Below, piece by piece: positions 38,843 through 49,112 of a stretch of 64,000 nucleotides of DNA; positions within the stretch are counted from its first letter, which is position 1; each line of letters starts with the position of its first letter. The notes beneath the pieces were generated by a model that saw only the letters and a program-made list of their open reading frames with translations, made no database searches and was not told the origin of the DNA. The stretch lies in assembly GCA_041641305.1 (NCBI GenBank), contig JBEPYN010000001.1, positions 384,001 through 448,000 of the forward strand, in the 5' to 3' direction. This stretch comes from Nitrososphaerota archaeon. GTDB lineage: Archaea > Thermoproteota > Nitrososphaeria_A > Caldarchaeales > Caldarchaeaceae. The translations under genes and the position numbers were made by a program.

Positions 38843-40402
38843 CTATTTAGACGTTGTGTAGATGATTTGCCGATGTAGGCGGGTTTGTAGACTGTGGGCC
38901 AGTTTGCGGCTGTATCCGGGGTAGGTTTCTCGTTTTGTCTCGATGATGATTATTTTTTTGAAGCCGTGTTTGGAGAGGGTTTCGGCTGCTTCGCGGAAGA
39001 TTCTGTCTTCAAGTTGCTTGACAAGTGTTTCGGGATATGTTGTTTGGGAGATGGGGAAAACGTGGTAGAGCGAGAGCGGCACCAATCCATATGGTGTGTC
39101 GTGGACAAATACTTCGAAACAGCCGTCACCCACCACCTGTGCAACCTGGTCAAACAGCTTTTCAGGCTTTTTGTTGGTGACTGCTCTGTGGCTGACTAGG
39201 ACAGCGGCCTCTACGCATGAAGGGCTCCAGCGCTTCACCCACTCAACCATCCTCCTGTATTCGGGTCTCTGCAAACTTGTGGCGTCGAAAAGAAACAGCC
39301 CTCGCCGTTTTGAGATCGGTGTATGCTGGGCCATGGTTTTTAGCGTTTCCTCGTCAGTGATGATTTGTTGAAATGCTTCATAGACGGCTGGATGTGAGCG
39401 TGCCTTTCTCTCCAGCATCTCATACAACCTGCCCTCCCAAATAGCCTGCTTAATTGCCTCGACCTCCTGAAAACAGACGGACAGATTGTGGAGTGCAAGG
39501 TTTCTAAACCGTTCTCCGCTTTCGAGCTCTCGCAGCTCTTTCGCCGAAAACCGTGTGCAGACCTCGCAGCTGCAGGGCAAGTAGCTGAGCTGCTCCAAGC
39601 GTACAGTTCCCTCGGGCAAAATGTAGCGGCCCTCTTTGGCGAAAAGAGCGTAAGAAGCCGAGTCAAACATGTCCACACCAAGAGCAACTGCCAGCCCAAA
39701 CATCATGGGGTGTCCTGCGCCGAAGAGGTGGAGGGGTTTGACGGTGCCGAGCACCTGACGCGTCGTGGTTATCATCGAGACAAGCTCGCGGTATCTGTAG
39801 GCGGTCATCAACGGGGTTGGGCTGCCGAGACAGTAGAGGCTAAAGCCGAGTCGCTTATACTCTTCGACACATTTTTGGACAAGGTCCCAGTACAGTCCAC
39901 CCTGTATAGGCCCCACCCAGACACAGCGTCCATCATGCCCCACAAGCTCAACAGTCCGCCTCACATTAGCGAGAGTCTCCTCAACAGTTTTCTCGGCCTC
40001 TCGACGGCCCACCAAACCCGTCGGCCTATCAAGGGGCACAGCTATGTCCGAGCCAATAGCTTCTTGGAAAAACGCGATATCATCGGGCGAGGCCTCGACA
40101 TCGCCGTAGACAAGCACCTGGTAGCCGCCGGAGTCGGTCATGACCACGCCGTCGAAGCCGATAATCCTGTGAACACCCTCCTCAACAGCTCTTGACCGAA
40201 ACCTTTTAAACAAAATGTAAGCGTTCGTGATGACTATTCCACACCTGAATTTTCTCCTCATTTCTTCAGGTGGAACAACTTGGCTCACGGGGTTTATCAC
40301 GGGAACGAAGGCAGGTGTCTCAACCTTTTTTCCTCCTACGTGAAGCGTTCCAACACGCGCCAAAAGGTCTTTGTGCTTCACCTCCAGCTCGGCCTTCATC
40401 AC
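38843..40402 (-). CDS. tgtA: Archaeosine tRNA-guanine(15) transglycosylase
   Basis: ETPAFVPVINP, MTDSGGYQ, HLFGAGHP, DMFDSASY, PCSCEVC. Confidence 0.93.
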   Translation of the reverse strand: MMKAELEVKHKDLLARVGTLHVGGKKVETPAFVPVINPVSQVVPPEEMRRKFRCGIVITNAYILFKRFRSRAVEEGVHRIIGFDGVVMTDSGGYQVLVYGDVEASPDDIAFFQEAIGSDIAVPLDRPTGLVGRREAEKTVEETLANVRRTVELVGHDGRCVWVGPIQGGLYWDLVQKCVEEYKRLGFSLYCLGSPTPLMTAYRYRELVSMITTTRQVLGTVKPLHLFGAGHPMMFGLAVALGVDMFDSASYALFAKEGRYILPEGTVRLEQLSYLPCSCEVCTRFSAKELRELESGERFRNLALHNLSVCFQEVEAIKQAIWEGRLYEMLERKARSHPAVYEAFQQIITDEETLKTMAQHTPISKRRGLFLFDATSLQRPEYRRMVEWVKRWSPSCVEAAVLVSHRAVTNKKPEKLFDQVAQVVGDGCFEVFVHDTPYGLVPLSLYHVFPISQTTYPETLVKQLEDRIFREAAETLSKHGFKKIIIIETKRETYPGYSRKLAHSLQTRLHRQIIYTTSK

Positions 40403-40476
40403 GGTGTGTGGAGGTTCTCCATTTATATAGTCGAGGCGTAAACAATTATTAACACGGTGTTGGAAGTAGGGTCAGT

Positions 40477-41178
40477 ATGCTGGAGACAGAGGTAAGCTTT
40501 GTGGACGGGGGCAGGGACGTAAGGGTTTCTGACGGTATTTTGGTGGAGGGGTTGCCGGGCATAGGTCTTGTGGCGAAGGTCGCGGTTGCCTATCTTCTCA
40601 AAAACCTCAAGGCGAGGAAAGTTGTCAGGTTCTACTCACCGTTTTTCCCCGCCATTGGATACATCTCAGAGGGCAAAATCATCTTCAGTTTCGCAGACAT
40701 CTATGTCGCTGAGCATGACCCTCCGCTTCTCATTCTATACGGCAACGCACAGCCCTCGACCAGCTACGGACAATACGACCTCTGCACCAAGATAATCCAG
40801 GTAGCGAAAGACATCGGCTGCTCAACAGTTTTCACCATCGGGGGATACGGTAAGGAAACGGTTTCAGAGAAAAGAACGGTCTACTGCTCCTCGACTGACG
40901 AGGAGCTGCTGGAGCGGTGGATGAAAGTGGTGGATGGGGTGAGATATAGTGGACAGATTGTCGGCGCCGCGGGGCTTCTCACGGTTCTCGCTTCAGAGGC
41001 TGGGTTGAAGAACTTCTCCATGCTGGTCGAAACCGCTGAAATGGCTCCAGACTTCTTCGCCGCTAAAAGAGCCGTAGAAGCTGTGGCGAAGCTTCTCAAC
41101 CTCTCGATAAAGATTCCTTCGGCGGAAGAGCTTTCAAAAGCTTATCTACTTAGTTTGATGGAATACGAGGCCGTTTAG
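40477..41178 (+). CDS. PAC2-family proteasome assembly chaperone-like protein
   Basis: EGLPGIGLVAK, TIGGY, IVGAAGLL, PDFFAA. Confidence 0.85.
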   Translation: MLETEVSFVDGGRDVRVSDGILVEGLPGIGLVAKVAVAYLLKNLKARKVVRFYSPFFPAIGYISEGKIIFSFADIYVAEHDPPLLILYGNAQPSTSYGQYDLCTKIIQVAKDIGCSTVFTIGGYGKETVSEKRTVYCSSTDEELLERWMKVVDGVRYSGQIVGAAGLLTVLASEAGLKNFSMLVETAEMAPDFFAAKRAVEAVAKLLNLSIKIPSAEELSKAYLLSLMEYEAV

Positions 41179-41216
41179 GTTAAATTTATCTCTTAGAATA
41201 ACGGATTTTGGACAGG

Positions 41217-41558
41217 ATGTCGGCTGAAGACGAGGAGCTGGAAAGAATACGTCAGCAAAAGATGGCCGAGCTTCAGGCGAGGGCTGCCGAGGAACAGGCC
41301 CGTAGGCAGAGGGAGCTTGAGCGAGCCGCCGTAATGAGAGCCATACTCACACCTGAGGCGAGGCAGAGGCTCAACAACCTCAAGCTCATCAAACCCGACA
41401 TAGCCGAGAGGGTTGAAACCTACCTTATTCAGGTCTCCCAGACAGGCAACATCAGGCTCCCCGTGGACGACGAAACTCTCAAACTAATCCTTGACAAAAT
41501 CATGCCAAAGAAGAAAGAGACACGAATAGAATTCAGGTCGCGCAACACAGGGTGGTAA
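41217..41558 (+). CDS. PDCD5-like DNA-binding protein
   Basis: DEELERIRQQKMAEL, ILTPEARQRLNNLKLIKP. Confidence 0.9.
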   Translation: MSAEDEELERIRQQKMAELQARAAEEQARRQRELERAAVMRAILTPEARQRLNNLKLIKPDIAERVETYLIQVSQTGNIRLPVDDETLKLILDKIMPKKKETRIEFRSRNTGW

Positions 41559-41561
41559 AAA

Positions 41562-41972
41562 ATGGTTGAAATCGATGAAAAGACTCATCTCGAGAAATTC
41601 AGGCAATTCATCATACTGAATACTTGTGCATCCTACATGCCCGCAGCCTATCTGCATGACACATCGGTTTTTCCCGAAAGAGATCCTGAGCACGGCACCA
41701 TCTATGTCGAAGCGGTGTCAAAGGTTCCGCTGCGTGAGATGCGTGACGTCAAGTTTGTGAAGGTCGCCGATGTTCTCGGAGTGATTTACCGGTCCAAGAG
41801 CGGTAACACCGACTTGAAGTGGAGGCAGATAAAGGGCCCTTTCGGACGACTCACAGGCACTGCTTCCCCCAATTCGGTGGTTAACCTTCTGGAAGCAGGC
41901 ATACTGAGAAGGGATACTATTCTCAGGAAAATTGATGAGACAGCCGCCAAGTCTGGTGAAGACACTGGTTAG
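41562..41972 (+). CDS. Hypothetical protein
   Basis: 136-aa ORF in operon position with GGTGG RBS. Confidence 0.65.
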   Translation: MVEIDEKTHLEKFRQFIILNTCASYMPAAYLHDTSVFPERDPEHGTIYVEAVSKVPLREMRDVKFVKVADVLGVIYRSKSGNTDLKWRQIKGPFGRLTGTASPNSVVNLLEAGILRRDTILRKIDETAAKSGEDTG

Positions 41973-42004
41973 GCTTAAGAATAGGTCATCTCATTTGAGA
42001 AGCC

Positions 42005-43189
42005 ATGAAGGTGGCGTTAGCTTACAGCGGTGGACTTGACACAACTGTGATGATTAAGTGGATAAGCCAGAGATACAACGCCGAGGTGGTGACAGTTACA
42101 GTCGACGTTGGACAGGATGAGGATTTTTCCGAAATAGAGGAGAAGGCTTACAAAAGCGGCGCCGTCAAGCACTACAGCATAGATGCGAAGAAAAAATTTG
42201 CCGACGAGTTTCTTTCACGGGCGATTAAGGCGAACGCGATGTATGAAAGGAGCTATCCTCTTTCATCTGCTTTGAGCAGGCCTTTGATAGCCGAAGAGAC
42301 TGCGAAGGTTGCTTTGAAGGAGGGATGTGACGCGGTTGCCCATGGATGCACGGGGAAAGGGAACGACCAGCTGCGGTTTGACGCGACCTTCGCAGCCGTT
42401 GCACCGGACCTCAAGATAATCGCTCCTGTAAGAGAGTGGAATATGAGCAGAGATGAGGAGATCGAGTATGCACTGGAGCACAACCTTCCCGTCAACCCTG
42501 TCAAAAGCCGCTTCAGCATAGATGAGAACCTCTGGGGCCGCTCTATAGAGGCCGCTGAACTCGAAGACCCATGGACGGAGCCGCCAACCGAGGCTTTCAA
42601 ACTCGTTAAACCCCTCGACCAAACACCTGACAAGCCCGAGGAATTCACCATAGGCTTCAGAAACGGTGTCCCCGAATACATCAACGGCGACAGAAAAGAT
42701 CTCGTGACACTTGTTAGAATGCTGAATGTGTTGGGAGGGATGCATGGCTACGGGTTGGTCGACCATGTAGAGGACCGCGTCGTTGGCCTAAAGTCCCGAG
42801 AGGTTTACGAGGTCCCCGCGGCCCTCATCCTAATCAACGCGCACATGGATCTTGAGAAGATGTTTCTTGGGAGACGGTTCCAAGCATTCAAGCAGCAGGT
42901 GGATAACCTTTGGGCGGATCTTGTCTACTCGGGTCTATGGATGGACCCGCTGCGAAAGGCTCTTGACGCGTTTATCGACGAGTCGCAGAAGGGGTTGGAT
43001 GGGGAGGTGCGTCTAAGGCTTTACAAAGGCTCGCTGCGGGTAGTTGGTCGGCGTGGAGAGAAGCCGCTCTACTCGCCAAAATACATCACCTATGCTCGTG
43101 AGAGTGTTTTTGACCAGAGGGCTGGTGAAGGCTTTTCAAAGCTGTGGAGCCTCGAGACACGGCTTAGCAGTCTGAGGGAGAAGGAGTAG
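42005..43189 (+). CDS. argG: Argininosuccinate synthase
   Basis: LAYSGGLDT, HGCTGKGNDQ, SIDENLWGRS. Confidence 0.96.
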   Translation: MKVALAYSGGLDTTVMIKWISQRYNAEVVTVTVDVGQDEDFSEIEEKAYKSGAVKHYSIDAKKKFADEFLSRAIKANAMYERSYPLSSALSRPLIAEETAKVALKEGCDAVAHGCTGKGNDQLRFDATFAAVAPDLKIIAPVREWNMSRDEEIEYALEHNLPVNPVKSRFSIDENLWGRSIEAAELEDPWTEPPTEAFKLVKPLDQTPDKPEEFTIGFRNGVPEYINGDRKDLVTLVRMLNVLGGMHGYGLVDHVEDRVVGLKSREVYEVPAALILINAHMDLEKMFLGRRFQAFKQQVDNLWADLVYSGLWMDPLRKALDAFIDESQKGLDGEVRLRLYKGSLRVVGRRGEKPLYSPKYITYARESVFDQRAGEGFSKLWSLETRLSSLREKE

Positions 43190-43192
43190 CTG

Positions 43193-44626
43193 ATGGATGC
43201 GCCACATAGAGCGGCGTTATCGCGAGGGATGGATGAGGACGCGGCACGCTACACATCATCCGCGGCATTCGACACAGAAATTTACGAGACCACGGTTTAC
43301 GTCAACGCGGCCCACATCAAAATGCTCGAGAAACAAGGCCTCCTAAACAGGGAGTCGGCGGAAAAGGCTCTCACAACCCTGAGACATCTTCTCCAAACTC
43401 GGCAAACACCACCACCCACAGTAGAGGATATCCACATCTATCTCGAGCAACTTCTTTCCGAAAAAGCACCCGAGGCCGCTGAGATGCTCGCTCTCGGCAA
43501 AAGCAGGAATGACGCGGTCGTCGCGGCCGTGAAAATCGAGGTGAGACGTAGAGCATACAAAATCGCTGATATGGCGCTCGATGCTGTTGAATCGCTTGTG
43601 AGGAAAAGCGGCGAGCATGCGGCCACGGTTTTCCCTGTTTACACCCATCTCCAGAGAGCCGCTCCCGCTACGTTCGGGTTTGTTTTACAGTCCTATGCAA
43701 TCCGCCTACTGAGGTGCTGCAACTCACTTCTCACCATGCTTGAGGCATGTGAGGAGTCTCCCCTCGGCTCCGCGGCTGTTGCGGGAACATCCGTGCCCGT
43801 GGACCGCGAATACATAGCTCAGCTCCTCGGGTTTAGGAGAACGAGCTTGAACGCCCTTGAGGCCACGGCTTCCCGCGAATTTCTTACCCTAGTTCTGTCT
43901 CCTCTACATGTCACAGCCTTGGTTCTATCCTCATTCGCTGAGGAGATTGTTCTCTACGCGTCGGAGGAGTTCGGCCTCATCCAGATACCTGAGGAGCTCG
44001 CCGCCACCAGCAGCATCATGCCGCAGAAGAGAAACCCCGTCGTAGCCGAGATAATGAGGACAAAGGCCTCGGAGGTGCTGGGGCTTCTCGCCACGGTTTC
44101 GGGGATTTTGTCGCGGCAGCCGAGCGGCTACAACCTTGACCTACAGCAGGTGACTCCGAAGGTTTGGCAGGCTCTAAGAGAGGTTTCTGAAAGCCTCCAT
44201 ATGATGAGAAAACTCGTGGAGAAAATTGAGGTTAACAGGGAGAAGGCCTGGGAGGCCTGCGCCCCTCCCACGGCCGCAGTCGAGCTCGCAAACCACCTAA
44301 CCCTGAAACATGGAATAGGCTTCAGGAAAGCACATCAGATAGCGGCGAAAATCAGCCGAAGCATCGCCGAACAAAACCTCACACAGGAGAGGCTCGACAC
44401 AATCTTCCAAGAGCATGGGCTAAAACCACTATACGCAATCGGGGAAGTTCTTTCTCTGATGAACCCAGACGCCGCCGTTAAACGCTACACGGCACCTGGC
44501 TCGGCAAACCCAACCATGGTCTCCGAGAACGTTGAAAAGCTCCTCAAAACGGTTGAGGAGATTAGAAACCGTGTAGAAGTGGAGCGGCGTGTTCTCGAAG
44601 ATTGTTTAAAGAGATTGCTGAGCTGA
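43193..44626 (+). CDS. argH: Argininosuccinate lyase
   Basis: SRND, YTHLQRA, SSIMPQKRNP, YNLDLQ. Confidence 0.95.
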   Translation: MDAPHRAALSRGMDEDAARYTSSAAFDTEIYETTVYVNAAHIKMLEKQGLLNRESAEKALTTLRHLLQTRQTPPPTVEDIHIYLEQLLSEKAPEAAEMLALGKSRNDAVVAAVKIEVRRRAYKIADMALDAVESLVRKSGEHAATVFPVYTHLQRAAPATFGFVLQSYAIRLLRCCNSLLTMLEACEESPLGSAAVAGTSVPVDREYIAQLLGFRRTSLNALEATASREFLTLVLSPLHVTALVLSSFAEEIVLYASEEFGLIQIPEELAATSSIMPQKRNPVVAEIMRTKASEVLGLLATVSGILSRQPSGYNLDLQQVTPKVWQALREVSESLHMMRKLVEKIEVNREKAWEACAPPTAAVELANHLTLKHGIGFRKAHQIAAKISRSIAEQNLTQERLDTIFQEHGLKPLYAIGEVLSLMNPDAAVKRYTAPGSANPTMVSENVEKLLKTVEEIRNRVEVERRVLEDCLKRLLS

Positions 44627-45688
44627 GTCCATCTCTCTGACGAACTCCACATATATCTGGGCCGCTGTCATGATGTCTTTTATTTCGACTGCTTCGGCGG
44701 ATGTGTGGGCTAGGGTTGAGTCGCCGGGTCCGCATGCAACGATGTTGGGTGTCACGGCTACGAGTGTGTTCATGTCGCTTGTCCCAGTTTTCTTCACGAT
44801 GCGCGGCTTCAGCCCCAGCCTGAGCATAGCCCTCTGAAGCGCTCTCGCAGCAAGGTTGTTCACGTTGGTGACCACGGGCTCTGTCACGTCGATGACCTCT
44901 ATCTGGCAGTCAGCTATCTTCACGAACTCCTCCAGCTTTGACAGTATCTCCTTCGAGCTGTATGGATGGGGGAACCTGATGTTGATGCTTCCCTCGGCTC
45001 TGTCAGGTATTCTGCTCACCCAGTCACCAGCGTGAAGCGTTGTGAGGGCGGAGGTCACCTCCTCATACCTCTTCCCGCCATAGTGTTCTTCTACAAGTTT
45101 CCATAAATGGAGAATTTTCTCGAGAGCCGATTCGGCGATGTAGGGAGCTGAGGCATGGCCTCCACGCGCTTGGGCCCTTATCTTTACGCTCAAGCTTCCT
45201 CTGTATGAGAGGGCGATTCCAGTTGTCCCGGTTGGCTCGCCTATGATTATAGCGTCTGCTTCGAGACCTTCTTCGACAAGCTTCTTAGCACCGTAGCCAT
45301 TGCCCTCCTCATCCACCAGCCCGGCAACTATGAGGCGGATGTTTTTCAGTTTTGATGCGGCTGCGCTTCCTGCGAGAAGCATGGCTGAGAGAGGGCCTTT
45401 GGCGTCAACCGCGCCTCTGCCATAAACCTTGCCCTCGGAAACACGGACACGAAGCTCCCCGGGAACGGTGTCAACGTGGCTCACCAGCATAACCGTCCTC
45501 CCGCCACTTCCCGCGGCCGCGAAATAGTTGCCCACCTCATCCCGCCAAAAATCTCTGTAACCAAGGTCGCTGCAGACCCTGAACCATGTTCGCTCAAGCC
45601 TACGCTCCTCCCCCGGCGGTGTGTAAACTTCGAGAAGCTGGACAAGCGTCGAGACCGCTGTCTCCCTGTGGATTTCCACCGCGTTCAA
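44606..45688 (-). CDS. lysK: [LysW]-lysine/ornithine hydrolase (M20 family)
   Basis: SHVDTVPG, GRGAVDAKG, DEE, GTSDMN, GPGDSTLAHT. Confidence 0.9.
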   Translation of the reverse strand: MNAVEIHRETAVSTLVQLLEVYTPPGEERRLERTWFRVCSDLGYRDFWRDEVGNYFAAAGSGGRTVMLVSHVDTVPGELRVRVSEGKVYGRGAVDAKGPLSAMLLAGSAAASKLKNIRLIVAGLVDEEGNGYGAKKLVEEGLEADAIIIGEPTGTTGIALSYRGSLSVKIRAQARGGHASAPYIAESALEKILHLWKLVEEHYGGKRYEEVTSALTTLHAGDWVSRIPDRAEGSINIRFPHPYSSKEILSKLEEFVKIADCQIEVIDVTEPVVTNVNNLAARALQRAMLRLGLKPRIVKKTGTSDMNTLVAVTPNIVACGPGDSTLAHTSAEAVEIKDIMTAAQIYVEFVREMDSAQQSL

Positions 45689-45771
45689 TCCTTTTTCCAG
45701 AAAACTTGGTGAAACAGTTTTGTATTAAGTGTTTACGCAACCCTTTTAACACCAGATACGATTGGATAAGC

Positions 45772-47109
45772 ATGGCGGATCGTGTCAAAACCGTGATCAT
45801 GGGAGCCGCGGGACGTGACAGGGCCCTTCTCTGAAGGCCCCACGATTTCCATAACTTCAACGTCTTCTTCCGAGGTAACGAGCGATATGAGGTTGTGGCG
45901 TTTACGGCAGCTCAGATACCTGGCATAGCTGGACGCGTTTATCCCCCTACACTCTCTGGCCCACTCTACCCCGACGGCATACCCATATATGATGAAGAGA
46001 GGCTTCCAGAAATAGTTGAGAGACATGGCGTCAGACTTGTTGTGTTCTCCTACAGCGACCTTACCCATGTAGAGTTGATGAACAAGGCTTCCAAGGTCCT
46101 TGCGCTGGGTTGCGACTTCATGCTTCTAGGCCCGCGCTCAACAATGCTCAGGTCAAGGAAGAAGGTTGTAGCTGTTACGGCTGTGAAGACCGGTGCTGGG
46201 AAAAGCACAGTATCGCGGCTGCTCGTCAAGCTTCTCAGGGAAAAGGGTGTTAAACCCGTTGTCGTCCGCCACCCCATGCCATATGGCGTTTTAGAGAAGC
46301 AGGTCGTGCAACGTTTCTCCAGCCTAGACGACCTTGAAATTCACAGATGCAGCATCGAGGAGCGGGAGGAGATTGAGCCGCATCTCCGAGAAGGCAACAT
46401 AGTCTACACAGGCGTCGACTATGAGATGGTTCTCAGGGAGGCTGAAAAAGAGGGTGATGTGATTGTCTGGGATGGTGGAAACAACGACCTGCCCTTCTAC
46501 TGGCCAGACCTCCACATAACCGTTGTAGACGCGACACGGCCTGAACTGATAACCAACAGCTACCCAGGAGAGGCCAACATCTACATGGCCGACGTAGTAG
46601 TCTTGCACAAGGTTGACAAAGTTTCGAAGGAGCAGCTCGACAAAGCAGTTGAGATCGTGAGAAGCTTGAACCCTAGGGCGGAGGTCGTATCCACGGCTTC
46701 CAAGATACGTATAGAGGATGATGCATCGCTTAGAGGACGAAGGGTCGTCGTGGTAGAGGATTCGCCGTCGGTCACACACGGTGGGATGAGTGTGGGAGCC
46801 GGCTACATAGCAGCCGTAAACGCGGGCGCATCAATCGTCGACCCACGGCCCTACGCCGTCGGAACCATAGCCAAACTATACCGAGAATATACTCATCTAG
46901 GGCCGGTTGTTCCCGCTCTGGGCTACACCGAGGAGCAGTTAAGAGACCTTGGCGAAACTCTCAGGAGAGTCGAGGCAGAGATGATAGTTTCCGCGAGCCC
47001 CGCCGATTTCACCAAGTTAATAGATTGTGGGAAGCCTCTTGTTAGGGTGTGGTATGATGCTGAGCAGGTTTCGGGCACGCCGTTGTCAACTTTTCTCAGA
47101 AGGCTGTAG
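45772..47109 (+). CDS. COG2403 P-loop protein (cDPG synthase-like; putative arginine synthetase ArcE); spliced join 45772..45819 + 45847..47109, 436 aa
   Basis: MGAAGRD|FHNFN restored by removing 27 nt; AFTAAQIP, TGAGKS, RHPMPYG, WDGGNND. Confidence 0.8.
45820..45846 (+). other. 27-nt BHB pre-mRNA intron containing an in-frame TGA
   Basis: GGA-CGTG-AC^A-GGGCC...GGCCC-CACG-AT^T-TCC, a canonical helix/bulge/4-bp helix/bulge/helix. Confidence 0.85.
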
Positions 47110-48267
47110 ACGCTGAAACTCTTCAGCGGTTTTCCTCAAGGTCTCAGCCGCGAAAAGTATGTCTTCTCGGGTTATTAGGTAGGGTGGGAGAAAACGGAGG
47201 ACTGTGAGACCCGCCTTGAACCCTATCAATCCATTTTTCTGAAGCATCTTGATAAACTGGGTGGTTGTCGTCCGCATTTCAAGCCCTATCATCAGCCCCG
47301 TCTGCCTAAGATCCCTGAAAACCCGGCCATAGTCTTGTAGAAGAGGCTTGAACTCTTCTGACAGCATCGCTCCCTTGACCTCGGCTTGCTCAGGGATGTT
47401 TTCCTCGAGGAGAACATGTGTCGCCGCGGTTATGGCCGCGAGCGCGAGAGGGTTGCCGCCGTAGGTTGAGCCATGGTCCGTGTCCTTCACCCTCGAGGCC
47501 GCCTCCTCAGTAACAGCTATCAGGCTCGCGGGGAAGCCCCCGGCAACCGCTTTCGCAGCCGTCAACATATCCGGCTTAATCCCACCCCTCTCATGGGCCC
47601 ATACAACCCCAGTTCTTCCAAACCCAGACTGAACCTCGTCAACAATAACATACACACCCAGCTCCCTCGCCTTCTTCTCAACAGCCCTCATAAACTCTGG
47701 CTTCGCCGGGATGATGCCACCTTCGCCTTGCACAGGCTCAAAAATCACCGCCGCAAACTCCTCGCTCAGCTTCTCCTCAACAGCTCCCGCGTCGTTGAAT
47801 GGTGCGAAAACCACTTCAAACGGAAACGGGTCAAAACCTTCTCGGTACTTCGGGTTCCAAGTCGCCGAGAGAGCGGCCATGGTTCTGCCGTGGAAACCGT
47901 TGTTGAAGGCAAGCACTTTTCTTCTGCCCGTCAGCTTGCGGCTCAGCTTGAGAGCCATCTCCACCGCTTCGGAGCCGCTGTTTAGAAAAAACACACGTGT
48001 CAGGTGGGGTGGAAGGATTTTTCCAAGCGCGTCAAGACATTCATCTAGCACGTCGGTGTCGAAGGCTGGGGTTATCGTCATGTAGCGGCTGAGCTGCTCC
48101 TCCAAAGCCTTCACCACACGTGGATGACGGTGTCCGAGAAAAGCCGCACCATATCCCATGTAAAAATCGAGATATCTTCTGCCTCCGCTGTCCCACACAT
48201 ACTGCCCCTCAGCACGTGCCACACGCAGTCCACGGGGGGCGGCGAACCTAAGCAGAGAAACAGTCAC
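47086..48267 (-). CDS. lysJ: [LysW]-aminoadipate/glutamate semialdehyde transaminase
   Basis: NSGSEAVE, FHGRT, EPVQGEGG, DEVQSGFGRTG, HGSTYGGNPL. Confidence 0.92.
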   Translation of the reverse strand: MTVSLLRFAAPRGLRVARAEGQYVWDSGGRRYLDFYMGYGAAFLGHRHPRVVKALEEQLSRYMTITPAFDTDVLDECLDALGKILPPHLTRVFFLNSGSEAVEMALKLSRKLTGRRKVLAFNNGFHGRTMAALSATWNPKYREGFDPFPFEVVFAPFNDAGAVEEKLSEEFAAVIFEPVQGEGGIIPAKPEFMRAVEKKARELGVYVIVDEVQSGFGRTGVVWAHERGGIKPDMLTAAKAVAGGFPASLIAVTEEAASRVKDTDHGSTYGGNPLALAAITAATHVLLEENIPEQAEVKGAMLSEEFKPLLQDYGRVFRDLRQTGLMIGLEMRTTTTQFIKMLQKNGLIGFKAGLTVLRFLPPYLITREDILFAAETLRKTAEEFQRLQPSEKS

Positions 48268-49109
48268 CGCTTCAACACCTCAACACTCTTCTCGACTATC
48301 TTTGTCGGCAAATCATAGCCTGTGACAAGTACAGTGTTCCTGAACTCGACCACGCCGTTCACCTCGTTGACAAGCATACCTTTCTCCCGTGACTCGAGAA
48401 CATCTACTCCGAGGACTCCTCCGCCGACTGCGTCACCTGCCTTGATGACGAGGTCTGCGAGCTCGTCGGTCACGGGACATGGCTGAGCTTTTCCGCCGAG
48501 GGCTGTGTTTGTTTTCCAGTTTTTGCTCACCCTGTAAATTGCGACGGGGACTTCACCCCATACGTAGAAGGCTCGGATATCTCTCTCGGGCTTGTCGACA
48601 TGCTCCTGTATGTAGTGTATCTTCATCTGCGGATTTGGCATGTTCTCCCTCAGCTCGAGTATGTCGAGAAGCGACTGCTCATCGAAGGCTCTCGCGATGT
48701 TTCTTCCCCAGCTTCCCGAAATAGGTTTAACAACTACTGGAAACCCTATCTTCCTCGCGGCCTTCAACGCTGTTTCCCTGTTTAAGGCAATCGCTGTCAC
48801 GGGGGTGGGGACGTTTTTTCGGGCCAGCAGACATGATGTAAGAAGTTTGTCGGCTGAGTTGCGGAGCACTTGGGTGTTGTTCACGACTATGTAGCCGCTT
48901 CTCTCAAATATGGCGGTGGTGGCGGCGGCCCTGTTGTAGCTGACACAGCGTTGGATGATGAAGTCGGCGTCGAGGCCATTTCCCTCGTTTATCCAGAATT
49001 CTCTCGCGACAACATGTATGGGAAGAGGTTTGTGCCCGAGATTGTTTATAGACTGGAGTAGAGCCTTCTCCTCAAACCGCACAACGTCGTAGGAGAGGCC
49101 GATGTTCAT
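48264..49109 (-). CDS. lysX: LysW ligase (RimK-like ATP-grasp), LysX/ArgX
   Basis: RFEEK, RCVS, KPISGSWGR, WKTNTALGG, NEVN..VEFRN. Confidence 0.92.
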   Translation of the reverse strand: MNIGLSYDVVRFEEKALLQSINNLGHKPLPIHVVAREFWINEGNGLDADFIIQRCVSYNRAAATTAIFERSGYIVVNNTQVLRNSADKLLTSCLLARKNVPTPVTAIALNRETALKAARKIGFPVVVKPISGSWGRNIARAFDEQSLLDILELRENMPNPQMKIHYIQEHVDKPERDIRAFYVWGEVPVAIYRVSKNWKTNTALGGKAQPCPVTDELADLVIKAGDAVGGGVLGVDVLESREKGMLVNEVNGVVEFRNTVLVTGYDLPTKIVEKSVEVLKR

Positions 49110-49112
49110 CCG

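Noticed and set aside
45832-45834. In-frame TGA read as selenocysteine or as a pseudogene lesion
   Set aside because: It lies in a 9-codon insert that splits a conserved motif, and the insert ends coincide exactly with BHB cut sites.
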